Source of the DNA: Cyclobacteriaceae bacterium
GTDB lineage: Bacteria; Bacteroidota; Bacteroidia; Cytophagales; Cyclobacteriaceae
Assembly: GCA_027067135.1 (NCBI GenBank)
Contig: JAMOMJ010000456.1
Coordinates: 1 to 60,584, forward strand
Length of the DNA: 60,584 bases
Reading direction: 5' to 3'
The notes below the pieces were generated by a model that saw nothing but the letters and a program-made list of their open reading frames with translations, was not told the DNA's origin and did no database searches. Both the position numbers and the translations under genes were made by a program. Of this stretch, positions 47,067-56,410 are shown in pieces. Each line of letters begins with the position of its first letter. Position 1 is the stretch's first letter.

Positions 47067-48248
47067 CTATTCTTTCAATTCATTTATGGCTAACCATGCC
47101 ATTAACCCTGCCCCGGCTTCTAATGCTTTTTCATCAATGTTAAAAGTTGGGGTGTGCAGTCCCGAATTGATGCCTTTATTATTATTTTGTACACCCAGCA
47201 AATAAAAGGTAGAAGGCACCAAATGAGAGTAATAGGCAAAGTCTTCAGAAGCCATCCATATTTCCTGATCGAGCACATTTTCTTTACCTAAATATTCTTG
47301 GGCAAGTAGTTTAGCCCGTTTGGTAAGTTTTTCATTATTAAATACAAAAGGATATCCATCATTAATTTTTATCTCACAACTTCCGCCTAACCCTTCTGCA
47401 ATTGAAGTTGCCATCTTTTTAAGTTTGGCCAATGCTTCTTTTCGCCAGGCTTCATCCACCGTTCTAAAAGTTCCTTCTAAATACACGTTGTTTGGAATTA
47501 CATTTACCGAACCATTGCCCATTATTTTGCCAAATGATAAAACAGTAGGTGTTTTTGGGTCGGATATCCGGCTTACCAGTTGCTGTGCTGAAGTTACTAT
47601 TTGGCAGGCAATAAAAACAGGGTCAATGGTAGTTTCGGGCATTGCCCCATGACCTCCTCTGCCTTTAACGGTAATATAAATTTCGTCCATGCTGGCCATA
47701 AATTTGCCGGATTTAAATCCAACTTTACCTACCGGCATCTGGGGGAAAACATGCTGGCCCAATACAGCGGAAGGTACTGGATTTTCCAAAACTCCATGTT
47801 TAATCATTATAGGTGCACCCCCGGGCATTTTTTCTTCTCCCGGCTGAAAAAGCAGTCTAATGGTTCCTGTAAATTCTTTTTTTAGACTGTTTAAGATAAA
47901 TGCCGCAAACAATAAAGAGGTTGTATGAACATCGTGCCCACAGGCATGCATCACATTTTCGTTTTTAGATTTATAATCGGTTTGCAACTCAGTATTAATA
48001 GGCAGGGCATCTATATCGGCTCGTAGTAAAATTGTTTTACCACTACCTTTTCCTTTTATTATTCCCAAAACCCCGGTCTCACCAATTTGCTTTACTTCAT
48101 CAATTCCGGTTTTTTTAAGATAGTCTTTAATGAAAGCACAGGTATTATACTCTTTAAAAGATAATTCGGGATTGGCATGCAGGTGTCTTCGAACTTTAAT
48201 AAAAGTGCTTAATTTAGATTTAGCTGCTTCCTTAATTTTCTTAATCAT
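47067..48248 (-). CDS. M20D family amidohydrolase (N-acyl-amino acid deacylase-like)
   Basis: 393 aa with metal ligand motifs MHACGHD and FQPGEE, and the typical M20D length. Confidence 0.8.
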   Translation of the reverse strand: MIKKIKEAAKSKLSTFIKVRRHLHANPELSFKEYNTCAFIKDYLKKTGIDEVKQIGETGVLGIIKGKGSGKTILLRADIDALPINTELQTDYKSKNENVMHACGHDVHTTSLLFAAFILNSLKKEFTGTIRLLFQPGEEKMPGGAPIMIKHGVLENPVPSAVLGQHVFPQMPVGKVGFKSGKFMASMDEIYITVKGRGGHGAMPETTIDPVFIACQIVTSAQQLVSRISDPKTPTVLSFGKIMGNGSVNVIPNNVYLEGTFRTVDEAWRKEALAKLKKMATSIAEGLGGSCEIKINDGYPFVFNNEKLTKRAKLLAQEYLGKENVLDQEIWMASEDFAYYSHLVPSTFYLLGVQNNNKGINSGLHTPTFNIDEKALEAGAGLMAWLAINELKE

Positions 48249-48273
48249 AAGTCGAAGGTAAAAAAAATATATT

Positions 48274-48289
48274 ACTTGTAATTACAAGT
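48274..48289. promoter_or_regulatory. Perfect 16-bp palindrome ACTTGTAATTACAAGT in a divergent promoter region
   Basis: It lies 26 nt upstream of the M20D start (minus strand) and 160 nt upstream of the NagB-like gene. It differs at one central base from the 16-mer within 7270-7287. Confidence 0.45.
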
Positions 48290-48448
48290 TTTTAGATTAG
48301 TTTTTTTTGATGCCATCACTTTTTTACTAACTTGCGCACTTGCACTTTTAAGGTGGTTATAAACAATAATTTTGCCTTTACGGTTTGCATCAGTTTTAAG
48401 CTATAAACGGGGCAAGCATCTCTTCGTTAAAAATAAAATGGAAAACAA

Positions 48449-49192
48449 ATGAAAATAATTGTTTCAGATAATAAAAAGGAGTTGGGCAGCAAAGCTGCTA
48501 AAAAAGGAGCAGAACTAATAAAAAGGGCTATTGCAGAAAATGGGAAAGCCAACATTATTGTTGCTACCGGAGCTTCTCAGTTTGAAATGTTAGAGGTATT
48601 GGTAAAAGAAAATATTGACTGGTCGGTTGTAACTTGTTTTCATTTGGATGAATATATTGGAATTGCTGAAACACACCCTGCCTCTTTTCGAAAATACCTC
48701 AAAGAACGATTTGTTACTATAGTAAAACCACTGGCATTTCATTATGTAAATGGTGAGGGCGATGTACAGGCAGAGTGTCAAAGGCTACACAGCTTAATTA
48801 TTAAACACCCTATTGATGTTGCTTTTGTGGGCGTTGGCGAAAATGCGCATTTGGCATTTAACGACCCCCCGGCAGATTTTGATATTGAAGATTCGTACCT
48901 TGACGTAGAACTGGATTTACCCTGCCGGAAGCAACAAATGGGCGAAGGCTGGTTTAAATGTTTAGACGAAGTGCCAACCCGGGCAATTAGTATGTCGGTA
49001 AATCGAATTATGAAATCGACTCATATTATTTGCAGCGTACCCGATGAACGCAAAGCCAGGGCTGTAGAAAGGGTGGTTAATGGTGAAATAACCCCCGAAG
49101 TGCCTGCTTCTATTTTACAAAAACATGCCTCAACGTATTTGTTTTTAGATAAGAAATCTGCATCTCTGCTAGTGTTAAAGGCTAATTCTTAA
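48449..49192 (+). CDS. Glucosamine-6-phosphate deaminase/isomerase (NagB / 6-phosphogluconolactonase superfamily)-like
   Basis: 247 aa with motifs IIVATGASQ, CFHLDEYIG and GVGENAHLAFNDP, typical of the NagB/Pgl fold. Confidence 0.7.
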   Translation: MKIIVSDNKKELGSKAAKKGAELIKRAIAENGKANIIVATGASQFEMLEVLVKENIDWSVVTCFHLDEYIGIAETHPASFRKYLKERFVTIVKPLAFHYVNGEGDVQAECQRLHSLIIKHPIDVAFVGVGENAHLAFNDPPADFDIEDSYLDVELDLPCRKQQMGEGWFKCLDEVPTRAISMSVNRIMKSTHIICSVPDERKARAVERVVNGEITPEVPASILQKHASTYLFLDKKSASLLVLKANS

Positions 49193-49474
49193 AATTGGTC
49201 GTATTGGTGTCATCAGTTTAAATTATACTTACTTTTGTCAAAGGCTAACAACAGTTGTGGTTTGAAATTAAAAATGTGCCGATGCAAGCTGAAAAAAGAC
49301 CACTCCAAATTAGCCCTAAATACATTGACTTCGAAACAAGACTGTGAGAAGCAACTTTAGGCGAAATACCTCAGCATTTATAACCATGAGGTCACGGATA
49401 AATTCGTTAGCTAGTGGATTTACGCTACTCCTAAAGCAGCTTTTTAGCGGCTTTTTGTTTTCTTACCACAGATT

Positions 49475-50701
49475 ATGCAAAACAACTCATTCAAAAAAAA
49501 GAGAAATAAACCTACTTCAAATGGTAGTAAACCATCAAGTGGTTCTCGAACTAAAAAACGACCTCAAAGGCAAAGTCGTGGGCAGAAAAAGTCAAATTTA
49601 AATCCTGCTTTATTAGTTAAAAAAGCAACACCGTTTGCTGTAAAAAACTATGAGTCAGAAAGGCGAATTGAGGATTTACCTATTAGCCCTAATTTAAAGG
49701 AATGCCTTATTAGTAAAGGATTTAGAAAGCCCACTGAAATACAGGATCGAACCCTAGAAGCCTTACTAGAAAAACGTGACCTACTTGGAATAGCACAAAC
49801 AGGTACGGGTAAAACAGGAGCCTTTTTAGTACCTATCATTGAGCAATTACTTGAGTATAAGCAAAAGAACTTTGCCTTGGTTATGGTACCCACTCGCGAA
49901 TTGGCCACTCAGGTAGAAGAAGAGTTTCAAAGCATGGCCAAAGGGTTAGGGATTTATAGTGCTTGTTTTATAGGTGGAACCAACATTAACAAAGATATCA
50001 ACTCGCTTAAGAGGGCTAAGCACGTAATTATTGGTACACCTGGTAGGTTACTGGATTTGCACAATCGTAAGTCTCTCAATTTCGGTAATTTTAACACCTT
50101 AGTGCTTGATGAATTTGACCGTATGCTGGATATGGGTTTTGTGCACGATGTTAAGAGGATAATTGGAAGTATGCATAAGCGAAAGCACACGCTTTTATTT
50201 TCAGCTACGCTAGACAAAACGCAAGAAGAACTAATTATTGGTATTCTGCATAACCCTATTACTGTAAAAGTAAGTACAGGCGATACCACTGGAGACCATA
50301 TCGATCAAGACATTATTCGACTTAAACAAGGTGAGGATAAATTTAAGGTACTTCAAGAGATGTTATCAGATGGCGATTTTAATAAAGTTCTTCTCTTTGA
50401 AGAAACCAAACATAAAGCCAATCGCCTTTGCGGGAAGTTAAATAAAGTGGGCATCAGTGCTGACCAAATTCATGGCAACAAAAGCCAAAATGCGAGGCAA
50501 CGAGCTTTAAACTCGTTTAAGCAAGGAAAGATACGAGTATTGGTTGCCACTGATGTAGCTGCAAGAGGTATTGATGTATCGGATGTTACTCATGTAATTA
50601 ACTACCAAGTACCTATGACATTTGATAGTTATATTCACCGAATTGGGCGAACAGGTAGAGCAGGAAAAACCGGGAAGGCTTTTACGTTTGTAGAAGCTTA
50701 G
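49475..50701 (+). CDS. DEAD-box ATP-dependent RNA helicase with basic N-terminal extension; motif II is DEFD
   Basis: Helicase motifs are Q motif FRKPTEIQ, motif I AQTGTGKT, motif II VLDEFD, motif III SAT and motif VI HRIGRTGRAG. The first ~45 aa are K/R/S-rich. Confidence 0.85.
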   Translation: MQNNSFKKKRNKPTSNGSKPSSGSRTKKRPQRQSRGQKKSNLNPALLVKKATPFAVKNYESERRIEDLPISPNLKECLISKGFRKPTEIQDRTLEALLEKRDLLGIAQTGTGKTGAFLVPIIEQLLEYKQKNFALVMVPTRELATQVEEEFQSMAKGLGIYSACFIGGTNINKDINSLKRAKHVIIGTPGRLLDLHNRKSLNFGNFNTLVLDEFDRMLDMGFVHDVKRIIGSMHKRKHTLLFSATLDKTQEELIIGILHNPITVKVSTGDTTGDHIDQDIIRLKQGEDKFKVLQEMLSDGDFNKVLLFEETKHKANRLCGKLNKVGISADQIHGNKSQNARQRALNSFKQGKIRVLVATDVAARGIDVSDVTHVINYQVPMTFDSYIHRIGRTGRAGKTGKAFTFVEA

Positions 50702-50708
50702 TAAAAAG

Positions 50709-50860
50709 GCAACTATTTAGGTTTCAAATCAATGGTATCTCCAAAATTAACCGCAAAGGACGCAATGTGCTCGCTAAGAACGCTAAGAAAAGCATCGCAA
50801 ACTTTGCGTAAACCTTAGCGAGCCTTGCGGTAAAGGGGTTAAATATACCTGAATAGTTAC
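50709..50860. mobile_element. MITE-like element, family A, copy 2 (8-bp target-site duplication)
   Basis: Terminal inverted repeats are GCAACTATTTAGGT (50709-50722) and ACCTGAATAGTTAC (50847-50860). It is flanked by GTAAAAAG at 50701-50708 and 50861-50868. The interior is itself palindromic (ACCGCAAAGG...CTCGCTAAG / CTTAGCGAGCCTTGCGGT). It sits directly after the helicase stop codon. Confidence 0.7.
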
Positions 50861-50985
50861 GTAAAAAGTAACCTCTCGCAGATACCACAGATTATTTGTT
50901 TTTAAATGGAGTAATCTCTCGCAGATGCCACAGATTTACGCAGAAAAATACAAATTATCTGTGGAAAACAATAGCACCAAAAAAA

Positions 50986-51648
50986 TCACCAATCAATTTC
51001 AGGTAACCCTTTTTGAGATAAATAAGTATTGCACTTGCTAAAATGCTTATTTCCAAAAAAACCTCTATGCGCAGCAAATGGTGATGGATGCGCTGACTCT
51101 AACACCAAATGTTTTGTTCGGTCGATAATAGCGCCTTTCTTCTGCGCATAAGCTCCCCACAACAAAAACACCAATTGTTCTTTTTGCTCATTAAGTGATT
51201 TTATAACTGCATCTGTAAATTCTTCCCACCCTTTATTTTGGTGAGATCCCGGAGTGGAAGCTCGAACGCTTAAGGTTGCATTAAGCATTAATACTCCCTG
51301 ACCAGCCCACCTTTCTAAATTACCAGATTCTGGTATTGGCTTACCTAAATCGGTGGCTATTTCCTTAAAAATATTTTGGAGTGAAGGAGGCTTTCGCACT
51401 CCATCTGCAACCGAAAAGCATAACCCATTGGCTTGCCCGATACCGTGATAAGGGTCTTGCCCAATAATTACCACTTTGGCATCGTTAAACGAGCAATGAT
51501 CAAAAGCACTAAAAATCTGCTTCCCCGGTGGAAATATTTTATATGTTGAATATTCTGATTTTATAAATTGAACTAAGTTTATAAAATAGTCTTTATCAAA
51601 CTCGTTGCTCAACTGTTCTTTCCACGATTCTTCAAGTTTTATATCCAT
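50986..51648 (-). CDS. ung: Uracil-DNA glycosylase
   Basis: 220 aa with the family-1 UDG motifs VVIIGQDPYHG and HPSPF. Confidence 0.92.
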   Translation of the reverse strand: MDIKLEESWKEQLSNEFDKDYFINLVQFIKSEYSTYKIFPPGKQIFSAFDHCSFNDAKVVIIGQDPYHGIGQANGLCFSVADGVRKPPSLQNIFKEIATDLGKPIPESGNLERWAGQGVLMLNATLSVRASTPGSHQNKGWEEFTDAVIKSLNEQKEQLVFLLWGAYAQKKGAIIDRTKHLVLESAHPSPFAAHRGFFGNKHFSKCNTYLSQKGLPEIDW

Positions 51649-51728
51649 TAGTAATTAAACATCTCTATTAAATAATCGTTTAATATTACAAATTATCAAA
51701 TTAAAAATCTAATCGTTAACTTTGAAAA

Positions 51729-52115
51729 ATGGTAACTGAAGTAACAAATGGTGTTAAGGTAACTGTTGAGGTAGAATATCAACCACAATATTCGAATCCG
51801 AGCCAGCACCATTATGTGTTTACCTACCAAGTTACTATAGAAAATAACAGCTCTAAAACACTGCAATTAGTTCGTAGAAAATGGCTTATTAACGATGCTG
51901 CTTTCCCCATTAGAACAGTTGAAGGCGAAGGTGTTGTTGGCCGGCAACCTATTTTAGAACCTGGGCAAAAGCATCAGTATATATCGGGTTGTAATTTAAG
52001 ATCGGGCATTGGAAAAATGCATGGCAGCTACAAAATGGAACAATTAATGGATGGTCAGGTAATAACCGTTCATATTCCTGAGTTTAAAATGATTGTTCCA
52101 TTTAAGCTTAATTAA
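51729..52115 (+). CDS. apaG: ApaG (DUF525) protein
   Basis: 128 aa. The YVFTYQVTIENNS...LVRRKWLINDA...VEGEGVVGRQPILEPG pattern is typical of ApaG. Confidence 0.85.
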   Translation: MVTEVTNGVKVTVEVEYQPQYSNPSQHHYVFTYQVTIENNSSKTLQLVRRKWLINDAAFPIRTVEGEGVVGRQPILEPGQKHQYISGCNLRSGIGKMHGSYKMEQLMDGQVITVHIPEFKMIVPFKLN

Positions 52116-52895
52116 TTGAATCATCAGATTATTTCTTATGTAAACCATTGGCTAAACGAGGTAAATTCACATTCGCTTCAAGCACCATTTATTTACAATC
52201 TTTATACGAAATTTATCCAAAAGGATTTTAATAAGAGTCATTTTGAATCTATTGAAAAAACAAGAGTTAAGCTTCTGAACGAAGATTTTTCTGTGAAAAC
52301 AGTTAATTATGGAGCCACCTCCATTGTACACGCTAATTTACAACAAACAAGGGTTAGCACCATCACAAAAAAAGGATTAAGCTCTGCTAAAGTCAGTAGG
52401 CTTTTAGCTCGATTAATAGAATTTAATGGAGCCAAAAATATAATAGAACTAGGCACTTCGTTTGGTTTAAACACAATGTATTTGGCGCATAAAAAAGACA
52501 CTAGTGTAATTACATTTGAAGGATCAGAAGATATAGCTAACGTAGCATTGACCAATTTTGAGCATCATCAAAAAAGTAACATTGAGCTTATTTTAGGTAA
52601 TATTGATAAGACTTTGCCAGAGTTTTTAAATGCTAGAATACGCATTGATTTCGCCTACATTGATGCCAACCACAGGTATAAACCGACCATCAGATATTTT
52701 GAATCCATTATAAAGCGAATGCACAAAGATTCAATTCTTGTACTAGATGATATTTACTGGTCGAAAGAAATGACCCAAGCATGGAATGAAATTAAGGCTC
52801 ATCCTGAAGTAACTCACTCCATCGATTTGTTTTCGGTGGGTATTGTATTTTTTCAGCCCGACTTGGTGAAGACAAATTATAGGTTAATGTTTTAA
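52116..52895 (+). CDS. Class I SAM-dependent (O-)methyltransferase
   Basis: 259 aa with a TTG start abutting the apaG stop. SAM motif I is IIELGTSFGLNTMY, and DFAYIDANH is typical of the O-methyltransferase family 3 fold. Confidence 0.7.
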   Translation: MNHQIISYVNHWLNEVNSHSLQAPFIYNLYTKFIQKDFNKSHFESIEKTRVKLLNEDFSVKTVNYGATSIVHANLQQTRVSTITKKGLSSAKVSRLLARLIEFNGAKNIIELGTSFGLNTMYLAHKKDTSVITFEGSEDIANVALTNFEHHQKSNIELILGNIDKTLPEFLNARIRIDFAYIDANHRYKPTIRYFESIIKRMHKDSILVLDDIYWSKEMTQAWNEIKAHPEVTHSIDLFSVGIVFFQPDLVKTNYRLMF

Positions 52896-52951
52896 AAACT
52901 AATTGCTTACATCCAAGTAAAAAACCTTTCTCCCACAGATTTTCGCAAGCC

Positions 52952-53117
52952 CTAGTGTTAAGTCAAGTGTAGTGTGTCGTATAAGTTGTCGACATTTTTG
53001 GGCTAGACAATGCAAAAAATATACCCATAGCCGTAGCTACGGAAATATTTTTTAAAGAAGTATAGGGCAAAAATGTCAAAGCTTGGTTCGGCTAAAGTAT
53101 GCTTGACTTGACACTAG
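52952..53117. repeat. 166-bp imperfect long palindrome
   Basis: The termini are CTAGTGTTAAGTCAAG / CTTGACTTGACACTAG. Internal complementary blocks are GACATTTTTG / CAAAAATGTC and AAAAAATAT / ATATTTTTT, and the centre is CCGTAGCTACGG (~53036). Confidence 0.65.
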
Positions 53118-53123
53118 TTACTA

Positions 53124-53386
53124 TTTTCATTGCTTTGATTTAGCCATTGAAATCAATTTGGAAAGGAAGAAATTGATACCTTTCTCCATCAATTTCTGTC
53201 CCCAAATCTCCCCCAATGAGACCTAACTCCCTACAATTAAACTTCAGTAGGGAGTTTAATTGTACAAAATTTTGATAACCCACGGAGGCATTTTTTTTGA
53301 TTTGTCGTGCCTGCGGCCAGGCTAGCAAATCACAGTAACACGTAGTCCCGCTTGCCTTGGGCACGGCAAATTAAAAAGTTTGACGG
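53124..53386. ncRNA. Candidate structured RNA / structured repeat, copy 2 (paired with 32145-32400)
   Basis: See 32145-32400 and findings. Strand undetermined. Confidence 0.5.
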
Positions 53387-53415
53387 AATTAAACTACAAT
53401 AGGAGAATTAAGTGT

Positions 53416-53451
53416 TTAACCCGAAAAATTTACATGAATTTTTCGGGTTAA
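53416..53451. other. Perfect 15-bp stem hairpin (TTAACCCGAAAAATT-tacatg-AATTTTTCGGGTTAA)
   Basis: Read directly from the sequence. It lies 30 nt beyond copy 2 of the structured repeat and 155 nt upstream of fahA. Confidence 0.6.
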
Positions 53452-53606
53452 TTGCGAAAAACATGAATGCTGAAGATGTTTTCACCGTCCAATTACGCTT
53501 TGCAAGTTAGCCGCCAAAAAAATTGCATAATGCAAGTAAATTGTCATTGTCATGACGTAAATTGTATGTTTCTTTTTATACCCTCAAATAATCAACAATT
53601 AAAAAA

Positions 53607-54860
53607 ATGAAGAAACAAACAAGTTGGATTAATATAGCACCAAATTCTGATTTTAGTATATACAACATCCCATTTGGTATCTTTAAAAAAGGAGAACAAG
53701 TTGGAGCAGGTTCCGCCATAGGCGAATTTGTAATTGATTTAAATTATTTACAAACCAAGGGCTATTTCGCTTCTATCGAATTACCCACAGGCATTTTTAA
53801 TCAATCAACTCTAAACGCATTTATTGGCCTTGGCAAACCCATTACCAATGCTGCTCGAATAAGGATAATAGCCTTATTTACCAATGATAATCAAGAGTTG
53901 CAAAGCAATGAAGAGGATAAAGCTAACTGTCTAATTCCAATGGACAATGTGGAAATGCTGATACCGGTTAACGTGCCTAACTACACCGATTTTTATTCAA
54001 GCATAGAGCACGCCACCAATGTAGGCACTATGTTTCGTAACCCTGATAATGCTTTATTACCCAATTGGAAACATATTCCGGTAGGATATCATGGAAGGCC
54101 TTCGTCTATTATTGCCTCTGGCACCCCCATAAAACGACCAAAAGGACAAACCAAAGCTCCAGATGCAACAGAGCCAGATTTTGGCCCAACTCAACGATTA
54201 GATTTTGAATTGGAGATGGCTTTTATTACAAGTCAAAATACCAACCTAGGAGAATCCATTTCAACCCAAGAAGCCGAAGATTACATTTTTGGGTTTGTAC
54301 TATTTAATGATTGGTCGGCCAGAGATGTGCAAGTGTGGGAATATGTACCATTAGGGCCTTTTCTATCTAAAAACTTCGGGTCATCTGTTTCTCCTTGGAT
54401 TGTAACTTTAGAAGCTCTGGGATATATAAAAGTTGAATCACCCACTCAAGACCCCAAAGTACTACCCTATTTAGAGGTAAGTGGCAAAAAGAATTTTGAC
54501 ATCAATTTACAGGTGGGCATTCAACCACAAGGAGGCGAAGAAAATATAGTTAGTAACTCCAATTTCAAGTATATGTATTGGAATATCAACCAACAATTAG
54601 CACACCATACGGTTAATGGCTGCAATATTGAAGTAGGTGATATGTATGCTTCAGGTACTATAAGTGGGCCAACCCCAGATTCGTATGGTTCCATGTTGGA
54701 ATTGGCTTGGAAAGGCACTAAACCCATACAAATGAATGACGGGACTGAGCGTAAATTTATCCATGATGGAGACACAGTTATTATGAGAGGCTATGCTGAA
54801 AAAAATGGGAAACGTGTTGGTTTCGGAGAAGTTAAAACACTTGTTCTTCCAACAGATTGA
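53607..54860 (+). CDS. fahA: Fumarylacetoacetase
   Basis: 417 aa with an FAH N-terminal domain plus the catalytic domain (RLDFELEMAF, FGFVLFNDWSARD, GDMYASGTISG). Confidence 0.88.
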   Translation: MKKQTSWINIAPNSDFSIYNIPFGIFKKGEQVGAGSAIGEFVIDLNYLQTKGYFASIELPTGIFNQSTLNAFIGLGKPITNAARIRIIALFTNDNQELQSNEEDKANCLIPMDNVEMLIPVNVPNYTDFYSSIEHATNVGTMFRNPDNALLPNWKHIPVGYHGRPSSIIASGTPIKRPKGQTKAPDATEPDFGPTQRLDFELEMAFITSQNTNLGESISTQEAEDYIFGFVLFNDWSARDVQVWEYVPLGPFLSKNFGSSVSPWIVTLEALGYIKVESPTQDPKVLPYLEVSGKKNFDINLQVGIQPQGGEENIVSNSNFKYMYWNINQQLAHHTVNGCNIEVGDMYASGTISGPTPDSYGSMLELAWKGTKPIQMNDGTERKFIHDGDTVIMRGYAEKNGKRVGFGEVKTLVLPTD

Positions 54861-55735
54861 TGGCTATGATTAAATCCATTACACCCAAAGATATATCCAT
54901 TGCAGAACTGCACGGTTTATTGTTGGGTGCGGTATCGCCCAGACCTATTGCTTTTGCCAGTACTGTAGATACTGAAGGTAATGTAAATCTAAGCCCGTTT
55001 AGTTTTTTTAATGTGTTTAGTGCCAACCCTCCTATTATGATTTTTTCACCAGCAAGGAGGGTGAGAGGAAATACAACCAAGCATACATTGGATAATGCTA
55101 TGGCTACCAAAGAAGTGGTTATCAATATTGTTAACTATGATATGGTGCAACAAATGTCGTTGGCCAGTGCCGAGTATGGACAAGGGGTTAATGAATTTAC
55201 AAAAGCTGGATTTACAGAAGTGCCTTCAGAAACAATCTCGCCTCCAAGAGTTGGAGAATCACCAGTTTCGTTTGAATGCAAGGTAAATGACATTATTTAT
55301 TTAGGCACAGAAGGAGGCGCTGGAAATCTTATTATTTGCGAAGTAACCAAAATCCATTTGGATACTGACATATTGGATGGGAATGGAAAAATTGATCCTA
55401 ATAAAATAGACACAGTAGCTCGTATGGGAGGCAATTGGTATTCACGAGCAAGTGGAGATTCCATTTTTGAAATACCCAAACCTATTTCTTCCATTGGAAT
55501 TGGGTTTGATAATATCCCTGCTTCAATCAAAAGTAGTAAGGTTCTTACTGGCAATGAACTTGGGCAACTAGGCACAATTGAAGAGATACCTCTTCCAGTC
55601 AAAGACAATTTGAACGTAAACGAAATTATTGCCTCTAGCAATAATGTTGAGGAGCGACTGCACCAATTAGCTAAAGGCCTCTTAGCTAAAAATAAAATTA
55701 GTGAGGCTTGGGAAGTGTTAATGGCCAACAAATAA
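54857..55735 (+). CDS. Flavin reductase-like (FMN-binding split-barrel) family protein
   Basis: 292 aa. PRPIAFASTVDTEGNVNLSPFSFFN is typical of the family. The ATGA overlap with the fahA stop suggests an operon. Confidence 0.75.
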   Translation: MMAMIKSITPKDISIAELHGLLLGAVSPRPIAFASTVDTEGNVNLSPFSFFNVFSANPPIMIFSPARRVRGNTTKHTLDNAMATKEVVINIVNYDMVQQMSLASAEYGQGVNEFTKAGFTEVPSETISPPRVGESPVSFECKVNDIIYLGTEGGAGNLIICEVTKIHLDTDILDGNGKIDPNKIDTVARMGGNWYSRASGDSIFEIPKPISSIGIGFDNIPASIKSSKVLTGNELGQLGTIEEIPLPVKDNLNVNEIIASSNNVEERLHQLAKGLLAKNKISEAWEVLMANK

Positions 55736-55786
55736 CAATTCTATTGTACTTACGTTTATGAGGTTAAGTTGATTTTATAAACTACT

Positions 55787-56410
55787 ATGAAAGCTCCATT
55801 ACTATTATCATTCTTTTCTCTATTGGTTTTTCAATCTCAAATTGTGAAGGCTCAAATTGAAAAGCTCTATTATGAAGATAGAACAATTAGAGCAGAAGGA
55901 GAGATAAAAAAAGGAGAGAAATTTGGTGAATGGAAATTCTACTATCCTAGTGGAGTAATTCAAGCTATTGAACATTACGAAAACGACAAACTGCATGGAG
56001 TAGCAATGTCGTATAACTTTGATGGCAATATACAGAGCAAAGAAAACTGGGTGAATGGAAGCCTAGAAGATTCCGCTTTTTACTATCACCCTAATAAAAT
56101 ATTAAAGCGAACAGGCGTGTATCTAAATAGTCAATATGAGGGCATTTGGATTAACTATTACTCATCAGGAGTGTTAAAAAGAACTCTTGAGTATAAAAAT
56201 GGGTTGCCAAATGGAATTTGGCTTTATTATTCAGAGAAAGGAACCCTTCTACAAAAAGGATTTTATAAAAATGGGAAAGAAAGCGGCCTTTGGGAATTTT
56301 TCTCTAAAAAAGGCAAGTTAACCTATAAAGGAACTTATGAAAATGGTGTAAAAACAGGTAACTGGGTTGAAATAAAAAATGGAAAAGAGAAACCATTTAA
56401 CTACAACTAA
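55787..56410 (+). CDS. MORN-repeat (YwqK-like) protein, secreted
   Basis: 207 aa with a signal peptide and repeated G-x-W-x-x-Y-Y-x-x-G units (GEWKFYYPSG, GIWINYYSSG, GIWLYYSEKG, GLWEFFSKKG). Confidence 0.7.
   Translation: MKAPLLLSFFSLLVFQSQIVKAQIEKLYYEDRTIRAEGEIKKGEKFGEWKFYYPSGVIQAIEHYENDKLHGVAMSYNFDGNIQSKENWVNGSLEDSAFYYHPNKILKRTGVYLNSQYEGIWINYYSSGVLKRTLEYKNGLPNGIWLYYSEKGTLLQKGFYKNGKESGLWEFFSKKGKLTYKGTYENGVKTGNWVEIKNGKEKPFNYN

Noticed and set aside
49344-49601. 85-aa ORF overlapping the start of the DEAD-box helicase gene
   Set aside because: It is out of frame with and overlaps the well-supported helicase ORF, and it has a low-complexity basic composition mirroring the helicase N-terminal tail region.
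50874-50964. Possible CRISPR array or tandem repeat locus
   Set aside because: There are only two direct copies plus scattered partial or inverted copies, the spacing is irregular and no cas genes are present anywhere in the window.
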